Made by a program: the position numbers and the translations under genes. Below the pieces are notes generated by a model. The model saw only the letters and a list, made by a program, of their open reading frames with translations, searched no databases and was not told the origin of the DNA. From Reclinomonas americana ATCC 50394 (taxonomy: Eukaryota), in the NCBI GenBank assembly GCA_048213135.1, contig PS015081.1, positions 59,960 to 79,959 of the forward strand: a DNA stretch of 20,000 bases. The letters run 5' to 3'. Below are positions 19,914 through 20,000 of the stretch, piece by piece. Every line of letters starts with the position of its first letter. Position 1 is the first letter of the stretch.

Positions 19914-20000
<87 letters not shown>
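19914..20000. repeat. (AG)n microsatellite running to the window edge
   Basis: More than 40 uninterrupted AG units. Confidence 0.95.

Noticed and set aside
1-20000. Alternative genetic code or stop-codon readthrough
   Set aside because: All gene models translate without internal stops under the standard code, and TAA, TAG and TGA all appear as terminators.
1-20000. CRISPR arrays, tRNA/rRNA genes, transposase or other mobile-element ORFs
   Set aside because: None recognisable. The only repeats seen are simple microsatellites.

Overview
Compact, GC-rich, intron-dense genomic DNA from a microbial eukaryote (lineage not determined). It contains two assembly gaps and several dinucleotide microsatellites. 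Manual splicing gives about 76 mostly 55-90 nt introns and seven genes: (-) a PX-BAR sorting nexin with an extra C-terminal helical extension that runs off the left edge; (-) a WD40 protein; (+) sphingosine-1-phosphate lyase; (+) DEPDC5/IML1 (GATOR1), apparently without its DEP domain; (-) a Cys-less thioredoxin-fold protein encoded by a run of six 15-27 nt microexons that the ORF track cannot show; (+) a Drs2/ATP8A-type P4-ATPase flippase; and (+) the start of an unidentified gene. The strongest signal is in the splicing code. About a quarter of the modelled introns (19 of ~76) start with GTTGCG, which lacks the usual +5 G, and 18 of those 19 follow a non-G exon base. This looks like the locally common G|GTGCG donor shifted by one nucleotide, suggesting a second, abundant class of 5' splice site. 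Intergenic spacers are only 64-202 bp, and an AGTRAA hexamer sits on three stop codons. All gene models are hand-built from sequence alone and need RNA-seq confirmation.
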